Assembly: GCF_006345805.1 (NCBI RefSeq)
Contig: NC_042999.1
Span: 93,806,001 to 93,870,000 of the forward strand
DNA from: Octopus sinensis
Lineage: Eukaryota
Direction of reading: 5' to 3'
Length of the DNA stretch: 64,000 nucleotides
Numbering within the stretch: position 1 is the stretch's first letter; the number at the start of each line of letters is the position of its first letter. Positions 1-13,367 of this stretch are shown piece after piece. The translations under genes were made by a program, and so were the position numbers. The notes under the pieces are model-generated. The model saw only the letters and a list, made by a program, of their open reading frames with translations, did not search any database and was not told the DNA's origin.

Positions 1-1416
1 TCTATTTCACACCACGTGGTAGTTAAGTCTTTCACGATTAAGAGGGGTGAAATTCCGAGTGTTAGAAAGTTGTTAAGAGAGAATTTGCAGAGGTTTAAAT
101 CTACTTGAAATACTATAAATATATATATACTGCCAGCACAAAATCTAAAATAGAGATAGATCCTACCGTGAGGGGCTTTGAAATTAAGATTTCAAAATAA
201 ATTATCCTTACTTCATCTCAGGCATCACATTGTACTGCTGGTAGTATTGAATATTATATCATATCAATTCTGCAACCTGTAATTTCATGATTTGAATTAC
301 AACAAGTACTAAAACATATACTACTCTCATCAATATTATTTCAAATTTGAATTTTTTTCGAAAAGTATTCGATTTATTTGTGTGAATCACTTCAGTTTAA
401 TGCTTCCGTATAACTCAATAAAATTAATGTAATTTCAAGTAATGATAATCATTCTGTATTTGAATCATGACAATGATGAGCACACATATGGAATAGAGAG
501 TAAGCGAAACAAAAAATGGCAGGTGTTTGTCTGGGGATAATGATACACAGTTGTTTTTTCTTGCCTGCAATGAGCATCCATATAAATGGCTTGTGCATAG
601 CTGTTTTGTTGTTAGCTTGTACATGTTTGCATCATCTTTCAATACGATTTTATTTCGGAGCCACATTTCTAATCTGTATTTCTCAGCATGGTTGAATCCA
701 AACAAAGTTATATTATGACTGATTAAACAAATCGCGCAAACACACCATGATGCATTGTAATGCTAAAGCTATATGATGATCCAACTATGTACGCACTACA
801 CTATTTGGGGAGAACAAGATACATTACAACACACGCACATATATATTCACAAATACACACACACACTCACACACACACATGAATGTTACATTTGTTATTT
901 CTGTTAAAATGCCATTTCATCACATAGATGAATATAACAACATGTAAAAATGAGTCACAAGTTCTTAGATGTTAGGATGCAATTTGGAACACAAATATGA
1001 ATATTTACATTTAAGCTGAGTATAAAGTCTACAGTTCACGTTGAATATCTGAACATGTCTTCACATTCTACTCCTTCTCAGTAAATAACCAACGCAGACA
1101 TCTGAAATCAAGTAGCTATCGTGGGGAAGGTATAAGAACGCTTGCTGTTCTCAAGTTAATTTTAGCATTATCCAATAAACCACCACAGTTATAAACGAAT
1201 GACTAAGGTTTGAGCTTCTCTAACCGATCCTTTCAAACATAACCACTCATGATGTCTGTCGTGCTTCAATTTTCGCAATACATTGATTTGATTAGAGACC
1301 ATAGCTGACATATATAATAAATGGGACGAGAGGCAACGATAAAAAATGGGGATAATGGCAGATATGTAACCTTTAAAGTGTATGTAGGCACTCCAGCTTA
1401 GATTGTTATATATCAA

Positions 1417-1472
<56 letters not shown>

Positions 1473-1534
1473 ATATGTAAATATGTATATATATATGTAT
1501 ATATATATATATATCAAAGATAATAATAATAATG

Positions 1535-1878
1535 TCTCGACTCGGCTCCTTCGGTCACGAATGACCATGGGTGCACCTAAGAGGTCTCCCTCCGGGGTAC
1601 AAGTCTGGGCGGAAAATCGCCTCACCGGCGAATGCAGAAACTAGTGCTGTTTTTATGGAAGACCAGCAGTCACCCATGCATAGCAGCATTCTCTCCCCAT
1701 GACACCGATGTTATCCAAGGCAAAAGCTGATACAGTTTGACGCCAGTGACGTCGCAATGCATTTCTACTGCTGAGTGAACTGGAGCAACTTGAAATAAGG
1801 AACACAACACGCAGCCCATCGACTCACAACCTGTTTCTGTTGAGAGTAAATAACGTACCACTGAGCCATGCGCCTTCA
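1535..1878 (-). mobile_element. tRNA-derived SINE (octopus OK-like family), degenerate
   Basis: Minus strand begins GAAGGCGCATGGCTCAGTGGT (A-box-like head), then GGCTGCGTGTTGTGTT...GTTGCTCCAGTTCACTCAGC...GCATGGGTGACTGCTGGTCTTCCATAAA, and ends at an (AAT)n/(TA)n tract. Family assignment is from recollection of cephalopod SINEs, not a search. Confidence 0.75.
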
Positions 1879-1935
1879 TAATAATATAAATTTATCCTAT
1901 TGTAATTAAGTAATTTTTTACAATTTTGGGATCAA

Positions 1936-2058
1936 GAGGTAGTGAGACTATAGAGCCTTGCTTCGGTTGAGAGTAAATAATATAAATTTGTCAAGGAGGA
2001 GGTAGTGAGGTTATCGCGCCCTGCATCGGTTGAGATTAAATAATATACATTTGTCCTA
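1936..2058. repeat. Two diverged tandem copies of a 63-bp unit
   Basis: GAGGTAGTGAG...CGGTTGAGA(G/T)TAAATAATATA(A/C)ATTTGTC starts at 1936 and again at 1999. Confidence 0.7.
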
Positions 2059-2079
2059 CTGAACGAATTACATAAATAT

Positions 2080-3230
2080 TTCCCCTTAATTTGGAAATTA
2101 GAATCTAACAGGAGTTTAAAGATAATTCAATCTTTATAAGCACAAAAACAACAAATGTGAATGTCACAATCATAGACGTATCTTCCTTTTCTGTGTTCCC
2201 AATAAGATCCTTGGAAGAGTTATCTTAAACAGACTAAATTATGTCCTTACCGGCTAAATATTGCCTGAATCTCAGTATGACATTTGGGCGGGTAGAGATA
2301 CAGTAGAAATGATTTTCAACTTGAGGCAACTGCAAGAAAAGGCTGGCGATCACAACCTTTTGTCATTTTTGTAGATGTAACTAAAGCTTTCGACTCCGTA
2401 ACTATGAATGTGCTTTTGGTTGTCATTAGAAAGCAGGGCGTCCATGAAAAGATGCACAACGTTATCATTTCTTTCTATCACAGGATGATGGCTTCGATTA
2501 GAAATGGCGGAAAAGTGTCAGAGTCATTCATAGTATCAAAAGGGACCAAACGAGGCTGTGTTCTTGCAACGACCTTATTTGCTTGAGGCTGCTAGTCAGA
2601 CCAAAAGCTTTTGATACACGCGAGAATCTGTTTAGAAACTATGGCATGTCCTCAGGAGTGTGTGATAAAATTGTACAGTCGTCTTTTTGACAGTTGTATT
2701 TTTCCATCGTGCTGGAAACAGCATTTGAGAGTATTAAAGAAAGAGAAAAGTTTGAGTACAGTAACGGTGGTGGCTTGTTCGACCAACAGCACTTCAAAGC
2801 AAGAACTAAGATTTTGATGCAAACTGTTCGACATTTGGTCTTCGGAGACGACGATGCATTTTTATCTGATAATCATGGGAACATGTAATACATTCTAAAC
2901 AGCTTCTCACGTGCATCAAAGGCTTTTGGTCTGACCTTCAGTCTCAAAAAAATTGAGGTTGTGCATCGGCCCATTCGTCACCACACTCGCAATGTTGTTC
3001 CTACTACACATGTGCACGAGAAAACATTAAAATTGTTTTCTCCTTCATTATCTTGGTTCCATTGTATCAAAAGATAATAAGATGGCTGAAGAAATTCAAT
3101 CCATAATCAGGTGCCAGTTCCAATTTTGGCATCTTTAACATAGACTTTAAAACAACCAGGACGTATCGTTGAAGGTAAAAGCCGTTGTATGCATGTCGAC
3201 GGTTTTGACAACATTACAGGAGGTTCCGAA
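2080..3230 (+). pseudogene. RTE-clade LINE reverse transcriptase remnant (frameshifted)
   Basis: Pieces across frames: LYKHKNNKCECHNHRR, KILGRVILNRL, LPESQY..AGRDTVEMIFNLRQLQEK, FVDVTKAFDSV, SKGTKRGCVLATTLF, RHLVFGDDDAF (FADD-box equivalent). These match RTE RT motifs. Confidence 0.88.
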
Positions 3231-3429
3231 GTCGTCTGCAGGCCGTGGTTGAAGCCAATGGCGATTTTACTGAATAAATTCACACTTTAGTATTTCAAGA
3301 TATTTTAATGTAATTTTGACAAGAATATTTTTTTGTAATGAGATGATTGTATTATTTTCCTTTTTGCGTAATTTAGATGACAATATATTCACTGTCCCCT
3401 ATATACATATATATATCCTTAAATCCTTA

Positions 3430-3478
3430 AAAATGTTCCAGCCCGAAGGCTGCGGCCATGCTGGGGCACAACTGCTGA
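3430..3478 (-). repeat. Isolated LINE/SINE 3' tail fragment
   Basis: Reverse complement GTGCCCCAGCATGGCCGCAGCCTTCGGGCTGGAACAT matches the tail at about 30860-30895. Confidence 0.6.
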
Positions 3479-3485
3479 TATATAT

Positions 3486-4414
3486 ATATAAATTAAATTA
3501 GAGATAAAACCACTATTAGGTAACAGTGATAGACATAAACCAAAACATACAAAAATAAATAATATAATATACAATATATATATAAAATATAAAATTTAAA
3601 ATTTAAATTATTAAAATTTGATATTTTAAGATTTATATTTATAAATTATTATATTTTTATACTTTTTTTAAATTAAAAAGAAATTTCAAATTATTGAATT
3701 TATAAACTATAATTTTCTTATACTAACCAAAATGTATAAAAAAGTTAAATAGAATATAATAAGTAAAGCACTACGTACGTTTCATGGCTATAATTCAATT
3801 CGAATTACAATTAAGTTTATTATTCGTGAGTTTATTATGTTTTTTAAAGCCATATTATATCTTAATAGATAAATACATTTTCTATCTATCTTTTACCTTA
3901 TAAATTAATATTTAACATAATAAATGGTTTGTATGACATAATTCTAATGTTTTAAGTTTCTAATTTGATAATAGAGTTTATTATAAGAAAAATTAATACT
4001 ATATTTATTTTTTAAAAAAATATTATTTCTATTTGATTCTTTATTTAACTATTATCATTAGCCTAAATATTGACTATAATTTTAATTCGAATTTTTAATT
4101 GAATTTAAACTTAATTGTAATTCGAATTGAATTATAGCCATGAAACGTACGTAGTGTTTAACTTTTTTATACTTTTTGGTTAGTATAAAAACAGTTATAT
4201 TTTATAAAATTAATAATTTAAAATTAAAAAAAATTTTAAATATAAAAATATAATAATTTATAAATATAAATTTCAAAGTTAAATTTAAATTTTTTATTTT
4301 ATATTATATATATATATATATATTGTATATTATATTATTTATTTTTTATGTTTTGGTTTATGTCTATCTGTTTGAGTTGCCTAATAGTGGTTTTATCTCT
4401 AATTTAATTTATAT
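3486..4414. mobile_element. Very AT-rich foldback-like element with ~310-330 bp inverted arms (3486-3819 / 4106-4414), possibly PLE pseudo-LTR derived
   Basis: ATATAAATTAAATTAGAGATAAAACCACTATTAGG at 3486 and its reverse complement ending at 4414. Inner block CTACGTACGTTTCATGGCTATAATTCAATTCGAATTACAATTAAGTTTA is mirrored at about 4106-4154. Confidence 0.85.
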
Positions 4415-4491
4415 TTATACTGTGAAATTTGATTTAATCCTATATCTAATTTTTCCCTGTAAGTTTGGATATACTCCCTAACATTATTATA

Positions 4492-4540
<49 letters not shown>

Positions 4541-7500
4541 CACAAATGTCGACAAAGCATCAAAACTACAGTTAACTTATGGCAGGGTACAATGGTGTCG
4601 CAAAATTAAATGTTTACGAAAATTTATTTTCCTGAAGCGTCTCCCAGATGCCTTAAATTATCCATGCTAAAAGGACCATCTCTCATCTGATCTGGTAAGT
4701 TTTCAGTTTTATGTTGTGCGTGCCAATAACATCAATAATGTTAAGTGGGTCTGATCTTTTATCTATGTTTGGGGCGGAAGAATCTGACGTTTTTCCGTTT
4801 TAATAGGCATCGGTAATATGAATCTGTTGTTGTATAATTCAAATATGGGGTGATCCCTTCTCGCAAAACGAATCAAATGATATTAACTCTTATGCAAGCA
4901 ATATGACACAACATGAAATAATAAATAAAAACCATTTTATGTTACTTAAATTAAATATTTCCCATTTTAAATAATGTGTTATATTCATGATCTTCGCTGT
5001 TAATCTCCGCTATCCTCTAGGCTAATGAAAATAGTTATTTTCACCGAGAAATTTTAATTGCCAATTAAACTGCTGCAAAACTAACTTAAATATGATTAAA
5101 TATATTTTAAATGCAGGAAATCAAAATTGAATTAGCGTTCAGTTTACTTTCTTTTTTAATAATTTGTTCTTTTAAATACAATCTGCAATCTCACACTACA
5201 TGATTGTTGCAACGAATAAATCAAATTTTAATTTTGTATGAAATGCATTATGTTCGTAGTAACAAACTAATTTACAGTCTCACCCAATTACGTTCCTAAT
5301 TATTCGCTAAATGTTCAAATTTGTCTTACAATTTTCAAGCATCTGTTTTTTTCCTTCTGAGCTGCAAGGTATAAGCTGAGATTCATGCAAACCGTGAACA
5401 CAGTATATATGATGGTGCATTTATTGGTTACAGTTAATTTGAATTTACTTAGGTGTAAATATTTCTACTTCTTTAATATGCAATCTAACTTCTAAGATAT
5501 TATTTACTATACTGAATTTTAATAAATGAACATAAATAGTAGAAAATTTTAGTTTACATTGATGCAATATATCTGATATGGAAAGAGACAAATGGCTATT
5601 TTACTTGGTAAATTTATCCTGTTATTCGTCTTAAAATAAGCTCTATCCTACGTCAAAATTGTTGTGTATTTTGTTTTAAATCCTATTTCTGAAGTATTTG
5701 GTCTTGCATTAACTGCAGCAAGATGCACCTTATTAGTCTACGTTGACCATTCTGAAATGAATAATCAATCTTTGTGGTTGATATTTACAGAACAATATCG
5801 CCAATTATGTAAAATCATACATGCATTTAGTTTCTTTTCCTATTTAGGACATGATTTAAATACAATACTGAGTAGTGATACGTAACATCAATTACCCTTT
5901 GAATTATATTAAAATTTTTATTCACAACAGCATAAATATACTGAAGAAATAGTAAGAGATTATTGATTTAGTAAACTAGCGCGAGGTTTAATTCTATTAC
6001 ATAGGCTACACTATAAACTTCATATAATAACAAGATTCAATTACCTACATATTCCTAATTTGCATCAAATTCCTCATATACACACACTCATACACTTACA
6101 CTCCCTCTGTCCATCTCTATCTATTTTTCTCTCCATCTCTTTAATGTAAAAGCAACCTTATACGACGCCTGCAATGTAAAAAGAACAACAAGCCAGGAAG
6201 CATTCTGTAATGTCTCGTAACTTCTATCCATCAACTGGCAAAATTCACAATCTCACACTTAGGATAGTCAGTACGCACCAAGCATTTATATAAGCAACTA
6301 AAACATACAAAGTCAGTAGAAATTAGAAGCTCTGAAGTAATTGTTGAAGATCAAGCATGTAATTAATTAACAAGAACATAATATTACATTTATAGATATG
6401 TTGAGTCTCACCTATATATAAGTATATAATTTATTCCTGTGCAAAACAATATCAACACACTCACACACATATGTATATATGTATTTTATAGTAATTTAAT
6501 TTGAATTCATTTCACAAAATGCCTAGAGTAGACAATAAATTTGATCAAGTACATATATTTATACATCATATATAACTACATTTAAATAACGTTAAGTTCT
6601 ATACTAACAAATGGAACTCAGCAGCATATACAGAAATATTGTGGCTCCAGCCACTCGAGTTTTGAGTATTCGAAGTAACTTGTCCTAAACTATGTATTTT
6701 CATTCACACAAAATATTTTGAGCCTACATTTTATAAAGAAGGAACAGATCAGTCGCACACAGTGTAGAGGAAAATGCTTTCTACAAACCAAACGATTTGA
6801 AGGAATTTATAAGAAAGCATATCCGAATATATATGTGTGTGTGTGTATGTGTGTGTATTCGCACCTATATGTGGGTATGTATGTATAGAGTGTTAGGTGT
6901 GGTGTACAGAAATTGAATATTGAGACGAAAGGTCTTCAGAATTTTGGAAAAAATATTTTTATTTCCATTAAGTAAGCATCTGGAAATATACAGTGACGGA
7001 ATATTCAAAATGTTTCTCTTTTATAAATGTACTCAGGACGATCCGCAATACCAAATATCAATGGAACTACATTTCCTCAAAAACTTCTCTCTAAAATTGA
7101 ATGTTTGTAGGAAAAGCGGAGACATTACACTTTGTATCCTAAATATAACTCAACTATTGGAAACATAATGCACATCTCTGTAAATATTTAGGTGTATATG
7201 TGTGACCTTGAGATGTTCTGAGCTTTGCACGTTTTTCTAGTTTGTAAGCGTAATACTAATGTTCTCCAATGCAAAAATATGAAATGGAAAGAAGCATGAT
7301 TTTGTTTTTCAATGCAAAACAACGAAGTTACACAATATAAATATGGACATGTTCCCAAACATACACACACATACGCACTTCATCAAGGGATTCTCTCCAA
7401 AATTGAAGGTTTGAAGGTAAAGCGGATAATTTGAATTTTTAATTCCAAATATGTCTTATCTCTCCAACTGTTTAGAACTATATTTCATCAAAGAATTCTC

Positions 7501-8329
7501 TCCAAAATTGAATGTTTGAAAGAAAGGCGAATACAGTACATTTTGTATTCTAAAGAGGAGTAAAAAAAAGAGAAAGAGGAAAAATGAGAGAGGAAAAAAG
7601 AAGGAAGAAAATGGGAAACGAAAGAAAGGTAGAAAGGGGGAAGCGGGAAAAAAAGCGACCACACCACCCCTTTACTTTTTGAAGAGGTCACTATCTAATA
7701 CAATAGTAGATGACTAAACAAATAAGTGAACGGTGAATAGGAAAGGAATTCCCGCTTCTTTCTCACCTCTCTCTCTCTCTCTCTATTTGTCTGTCTATTT
7801 ATCTATATATCTATTTTTCTATCTATCTTTCAGCCTATGTACCTATCTATATTTCTATATATCTATTTCCATTGTCATGGAACCTCGCCCCCCACTGCCC
7901 AAAAAATGTTCTCCTCTTCTAAACAAACCCCCACAACAGACATCTGTTTTATATAAATAAACAAGCCGTTTGTACATTCACAAAATTATATTTGACAAGA
8001 TCGAGAAACGAACGAACGCGCTAAAAACAATGAAGAAATAAAAATTTATTTTTCCAAAATCCTAACGACCTTTTTTCTCAGTGATGCCGCATATATGACT
8101 ATTAGACATCATTAGGTGGTGCTATTAAATTAGACATGACCTGGGACGATACTGGCCGAAACCTATCAGAGTTATCAAAGTTACACACATCAGACACACA
8201 TATCAAAATACAAACACAGATGCATACATACATATATATATATATAAATATATATATACACAGATGTGTATATATATGTTTGTGTGTGTGTGAGTGTGTG
8301 TGTATGACCGAGTGTGTATACTTTTATTC

Positions 8330-8857
8330 TTTCATATGATTCAGCCAAAAGGCTAAGGCTACTGTGCGGCACCACCAGTGTGATCACCTTTTAAATGGTC
8401 TATCGTATGTCATTGACTTTTGGTGATGGAGCGAGTTCGACACTCCAATCCATGGCGATCACTCACATGTTTTGACAAGTAGTTAAATAGCTGTGGGCCC
8501 TTGAATGCCAAGCTATTACAGTACATGATCCTTATAATATAGATGGCACAGCTGGGATATTTGGAAAATTGCAGTGATGTCCAATTCGGAGTCTGGTATA
8601 GCTCTGGATTTCAAAGTTTGGTGCCAGCCTTTCTAGTATCTTCCACACATATATCATTGCACACATCTCCCGCCTTCGCACCAGGGTGTAGTGTCGAAAT
8701 TCTTTCAGTCTCCCTCAGCAGTTATGCTGTTCCATTGATGTAATATTCCTTGTGTAATATCGCTGAACCAACTCAAGTTCCGTTATTAACATCATACTGT
8801 AGGAAATTTGAGAGCACTAGTCCAGAAGGCTAAGGACAAATGTCCTCCATAGGACCA

Positions 8858-8860
<3 letters not shown>
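8330..8860 (-). pseudogene. 3' fragment of CR1/L2-group LINE (same family as 29712-30900)
   Basis: Minus-strand translation ITELELVQRYYTRNITSME...RRREMCAMIYVWKILERLAPNFEIQSYTRLRIGHHC parallels IYIWKILKGIVPNFVIKSYTNARTG at about 30510-30590. It ends in a GGTGGTGCCGCACAGTAGCC tail. Confidence 0.8.
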
Positions 8861-8904
<44 letters not shown>

Positions 8905-9247
8905 CCTATCTATCTATTTATATATGTTTGTATGTGCGTATCTATCTACCTTTATTTATGCATGTACATGGATATGTATATGTAGAGAGTCAGACGTAGA
9001 AAGAGAAGAGGGAGTTAAGGATAAGGAAAAAAATTGGCATACATATATTGTGAAGAGGGGTGTATGTGCGGTCTTTTCCTCGCGTGCATGTGTACATGTG
9101 AAAGAGATTATATAAACTATTTTTTACCAAAACTGATAACATAAAACTTCAAGCATTTCAACGAAAAAGTGCATGTGTTTTTGATATTTATGTATCTCAC
9201 GCTAATATGTATGTCTGTATGTATTTATGTATTATGTGTGTATGTGA

Positions 9248-9552
<305 letters not shown>

Positions 9553-9969
9553 AGGGGAAAACAATGAATTTAGGTTATGCACATACTTTTTCAGTGAGCA
9601 GAGTTTTTATATACTTTGCTAATATATTTTAAACTTTAAAAAATCCTATTAAGCTAATCAATATATACAGATTACAAGACGCATCAGATGTTACATTCCA
9701 TCAACTGTATTATTTGAACAGAGATGCAGCCTTCTTAACTGACATTTCAATTTTAGAGATAACAAAGTTCTGTATATCCATTCATCACACGTTATCTCTT
9801 ATGTCTCGTAGGTATTGTTGTGTTTCTTTTCTACTGTCAGATCGTGTTAATCTATTCAGAAGAAGAGGATTGCGAGACAAAGCAGCACATGCATTTGTGC
9901 ACATGGTTCCAAACAATGGTGTATCTACGCACACACACACACACATACACTCGCTTGTATACATACACA

Positions 9970-10027
<58 letters not shown>

Positions 10028-10069
10028 TGTATATATATATATCTGTATGTATATACTTATATATATAGC

Positions 10070-10101
<32 letters not shown>

Positions 10102-10668
10102 TAAATAGGTGAATGAATTATCCTATGTTTATCGTCAGCATGGAAAATTCGTTTAACCGAAACCTGGGTAGCAAATTCACGTCAGAAAGACGCTTGCAGC
10201 GACCTGTCCAAGAGTAGAAACTCCGGGTTCATGTGCAGAAATTTGTGTGTTGTATATGAATAAATGAAAGAATGGAGTCGAACGAAGGTGTTAACAAAAT
10301 TCCTTTACTCTCGACATATGTTTCGAACACAACATGTTTTCATTTCTTAGGAATAAAGGGTGCATTATGCAATCTTCTCATCAGGCAAGAAAGGGAGCCT
10401 CTCTTGACAACAATACAAACAAAAATTTCGATTACTGCCTACATGGTAAACAAAACGATAATGAGTGTTTTTTAAAAAAAACCGTTAGAAGAATTGACGT
10501 CAAAGATAGATAGTAGGAATAGAAGGGTTACAGGAATAATAGGTAGGGAACAAGTGGAGAGGGAAGGGTACGTTGATTGAAAGAATGTTCGAAGGCTTAG
10601 GAAAGAATTTTGCTATTGAAGAGGAGTGCATGTTAAGCTAATTGTTCAAACCACAGTGTCTGTCGTTA

Positions 10669-11469
10669 TCATTTATATGAGTAAAAAGTATGTTTCTGCC
10701 AGTGTTTACATTTGTATGATTTTTCTATGAGTGTGTTTTCAAGGGGAACCTTAGAGAAGAGAATGTGGAAGAGTTCAGAGTTGCAAATGTTACGAAATCT
10801 CCTGCCCTTATCAAAAGTAAAGGATACAGACAGTATGAACCAATCTAACTTGAAAGTTATATTGTTGTCTTTAAGACGCCAAACTAATTTACTTAGCCCT
10901 GTACTATGTCGTTTTTTACTATCCCTGAATGTTGAATAATGGTTTGAAATTCTCTTGGATAACTGGGAAGTGGACGCTCCTATATAGAAGAAGACATCGG
11001 TACCGAAAGAAATTCTACACTGGTAAATAAAATTCTTAATCTTAGAATTACTAGACAATAATTTAATTCTGTTGGGTTTGTCCTCCGAGATCGAAACGAA
11101 GTTTTTATTGTTATGATTGTTGTTACTATTATTATTAGATCCAACAACTACACTATTTCTATTATTATTAGTATTATTAATGGTAATATAACCAGTAATA
11201 CCACCGACAATAATACCGTTATTGTTGTTACCATCAACACTACCATTGTTATTAACACGACTAATACTATTGTTAATATTATCATTGTAAACACGTTCGC
11301 TGCTACCAATGCTGTTACTATTAATACTATTCCTATTATTATGATCGTATGATGGGTTGGAATTAGCAAGATTAGTGTTGGAACTCCCGGGTGAAGAATC
11401 TTTGTTTAACAGCTTCGTGGGAAGATATAATTTGTGAAAGATTCCTAGTGTTAGAGAAAGCGATTCTGA
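10669..11469 (-). pseudogene. PLE GIY-YIG endonuclease with upstream Asn/Ser/Gly-rich linker (stop-free frame of 267 codons)
   Basis: NFIYQC...FFYIGASTSQLSKRISNHYSTFRDSKKRHSTGLSKLVWRLK...ICNSELFHI...KCKHWQK is a PLE GIY-YIG pattern. Checking codons by hand, the frame of ORF 10669-11058 stays open up to the stop at 11470-11472. Confidence 0.85.
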
Positions 11470-11849
11470 CTATGTGGGAATTGATAATAGAATGATATCT
11501 AGAATTTCTGGGAAAGTTCCTAGCAACGGCTTCACGGAACTGTAAGGGAAGGTTCGATTCAATTTGTTTTCCGAAAGGTATTACGAACCAGATACAGTTT
11601 TTTGTGGCCTTTGAATTGTTCTTAGTGTTATTTGTGATAGTAAGGGGAAATTTTCTGGGTTGGAAATTTGGCGTTGAATGGCGCTTACCTCCCCTAGTCC
11701 GTAAAGAATTTATTTTATGTACAGGGTTGCTGGCACTATTAGAATTGAAATCATTCTTCCTATTACGAGTAACTTTTATATCTGGAGAAGCAGATGTTGG
11801 TTTAGAATGAGCTGAATCGATGTATGTCTTGTTGTCGAGAGAGGCTCCC

Positions 11850-11934
11850 TTTCTGTCCTGATGACAAGATTGCATAATGCACCCTTTATTCCTTTGGAAT
11901 TAAAACATGTTCTCTTCGAAACATATGTCGAGAG
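11850..11934 (+). ncRNA. Hammerhead-like core in PLE pseudo-LTR (mirror copy on minus strand at about 10305-10395)
   Basis: CTGATGA (11858-11864), long stem II insert, GAAAC-ATAT-GTC (11918-11929; palindromic ACATATGT stem III, GUC triplet). Stem I pairing is weak. Confidence 0.5.
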
Positions 11935-11982
11935 TAAAGGAATTTTGTTAACATCTTCGTTCGACTCCATTCTTTCATTTAT

Positions 11983-11984
<2 letters not shown>

Positions 11985-12070
<86 letters not shown>
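11985..12070. repeat. (TA)n microsatellite
   Basis: About 40 TA units. Confidence 0.95.
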
Positions 12071-12072
<2 letters not shown>

Positions 12073-12169
12073 ATAAATGTATATACGTACATATATATGT
12101 ATATACGTACAGGTATATAGATGTATATTTATATGTATATACTTACATACATACCTGTATATATGTATG

Positions 12170-12216
<47 letters not shown>

Positions 12217-12662
12217 AGAGAGAGAGAGAGAGTGGCATATCACACTCTAGCAGAAAACCTAGAATTTGTTGCATCCTTATATGCAAGTTAAATAAATAGG
12301 TACAGCACATTAGTTGATCGACGGAATAGAATCATAGTGAACGATGAAAATAATTGGATAAGGCAAAAATATGGTATTTATGAAATATATAGTAATAGGG
12401 AGAAACATAACCCAATATTGAGTCATGATGGATTCAATATTTGTGAGAGCGTGGATGATTATTTTGTATAATTGCGAGAAAAATGTTATATTTAGTGTTG
12501 AAAACCTCAGAGGAAGGATTAAAATTAATTTTGAATGCGATGAAATTGTAAAGAAGCCTGTTATGGAAAGAAACTCAGAATAATGTTGAGCAGAAAATAC
12601 ACTGTATTTGGAGAGAGCTATTTATCAGGAAAAAGAAGCAAAAATAGCGAGTAGAAAAATTA

Positions 12663-13367
12663 CAGTGATCCTTCGCTACTTCGCGGTTCAACTATAGCAA
12701 ATTCACGACCTCGCGGATTCTAAAAATATAAACACCAAAATTTTTTCATTAAATCCATTAAAATATTAATAAATATTATTTCCTAGTCTAGGAACAACAA
12801 AACAAGCGTAAAATAGCAAAAAAGCATATACAGGGGTATTTGAATTTACGACGGACTGCGATTGGTGCAATGTGGAGAGGCGATGAATCACAGCTTTCTA
12901 TTTTGTAATCTGGCCTGTGATTGGTGCTTTGACCGATGCTCAGATACGCAGCATCTTCCTTTGTCTCTCTCTCGCGTGGTCATTTCGCTTCACGCTTTCT
13001 CGCCGAGTGGTTTACTGTACTACTTTACGCTGTGCTGTGTGTGATTTGTTTTCTTTGCGTTGAACATTACATCCCCTGTAATGGCTCCCAAGCGTGCTGC
13101 TTTTTCCAAGGCTGGTACTGAGCCTAAACGCAAATAAAGAATGATGACGATCGCTGAGAAGGTGAATCTAAAGTATTATTGCTTAACAGTTGTCCTTGTT
13201 ATTAAAAGATTACTGTAATGGGTGGGTTGTTAATAATACAGGGAGGGTTTTAAAAGTCCAAATACACGTTAAATAAATACTGTAAATATGGTGTCCCTAC
13301 TTCGCGGAAATTCAGTTATCGCGGCTGGTCTCGGAACCAATCTACCGCGATAAACGAGGGATCACTG
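12663..13367 (+). mobile_element. Tigger/pogo-type MITE (705 bp) with TA target-site duplication
   Basis: TA|CAGTGATCCTTCGCTACTTCGCGGT at the left and ACCGCGATAAACGAGGGATCACTG|TA at the right are imperfect TIRs. An internal RMMTIAEKVNL (about 13138-13170) resembles a Tigger transposase N-terminus. Confidence 0.85.

Larger units (their letters stand above)
10254..11987 (-). mobile_element. Penelope-like element lacking the RT core: thumb/C-terminal segment, Asn-rich linker and GIY-YIG endonuclease, flanked by 167-bp inverted pseudo-LTRs (10254-10420 / 11821-11987)
   Basis: KNCIWFVIPFGKQIESNLPLQFREAVARNFPRNSRYHSIINSHIVRIAFSNTRNLSQIISSH resembles the PLE RKRNIIWFNPP...SYSCMPN..SIISSH segment, followed by a GIY-YIG domain. 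The two end copies are reverse complements (GAATGGAGTCGAACGAAG...). The right end abuts (TA)n. Confidence 0.88.

Noticed and set aside
424-718. Overlapping ORFs on both strands with hydrophobic, vaguely GPCR-like stretches
   Set aside because: No diagnostic motif or convincing splice sites; cannot be assigned.
5590-5885. ORF resembling a receptor N-terminus
   Set aside because: In-frame stops flank it and no family motif is recognisable.
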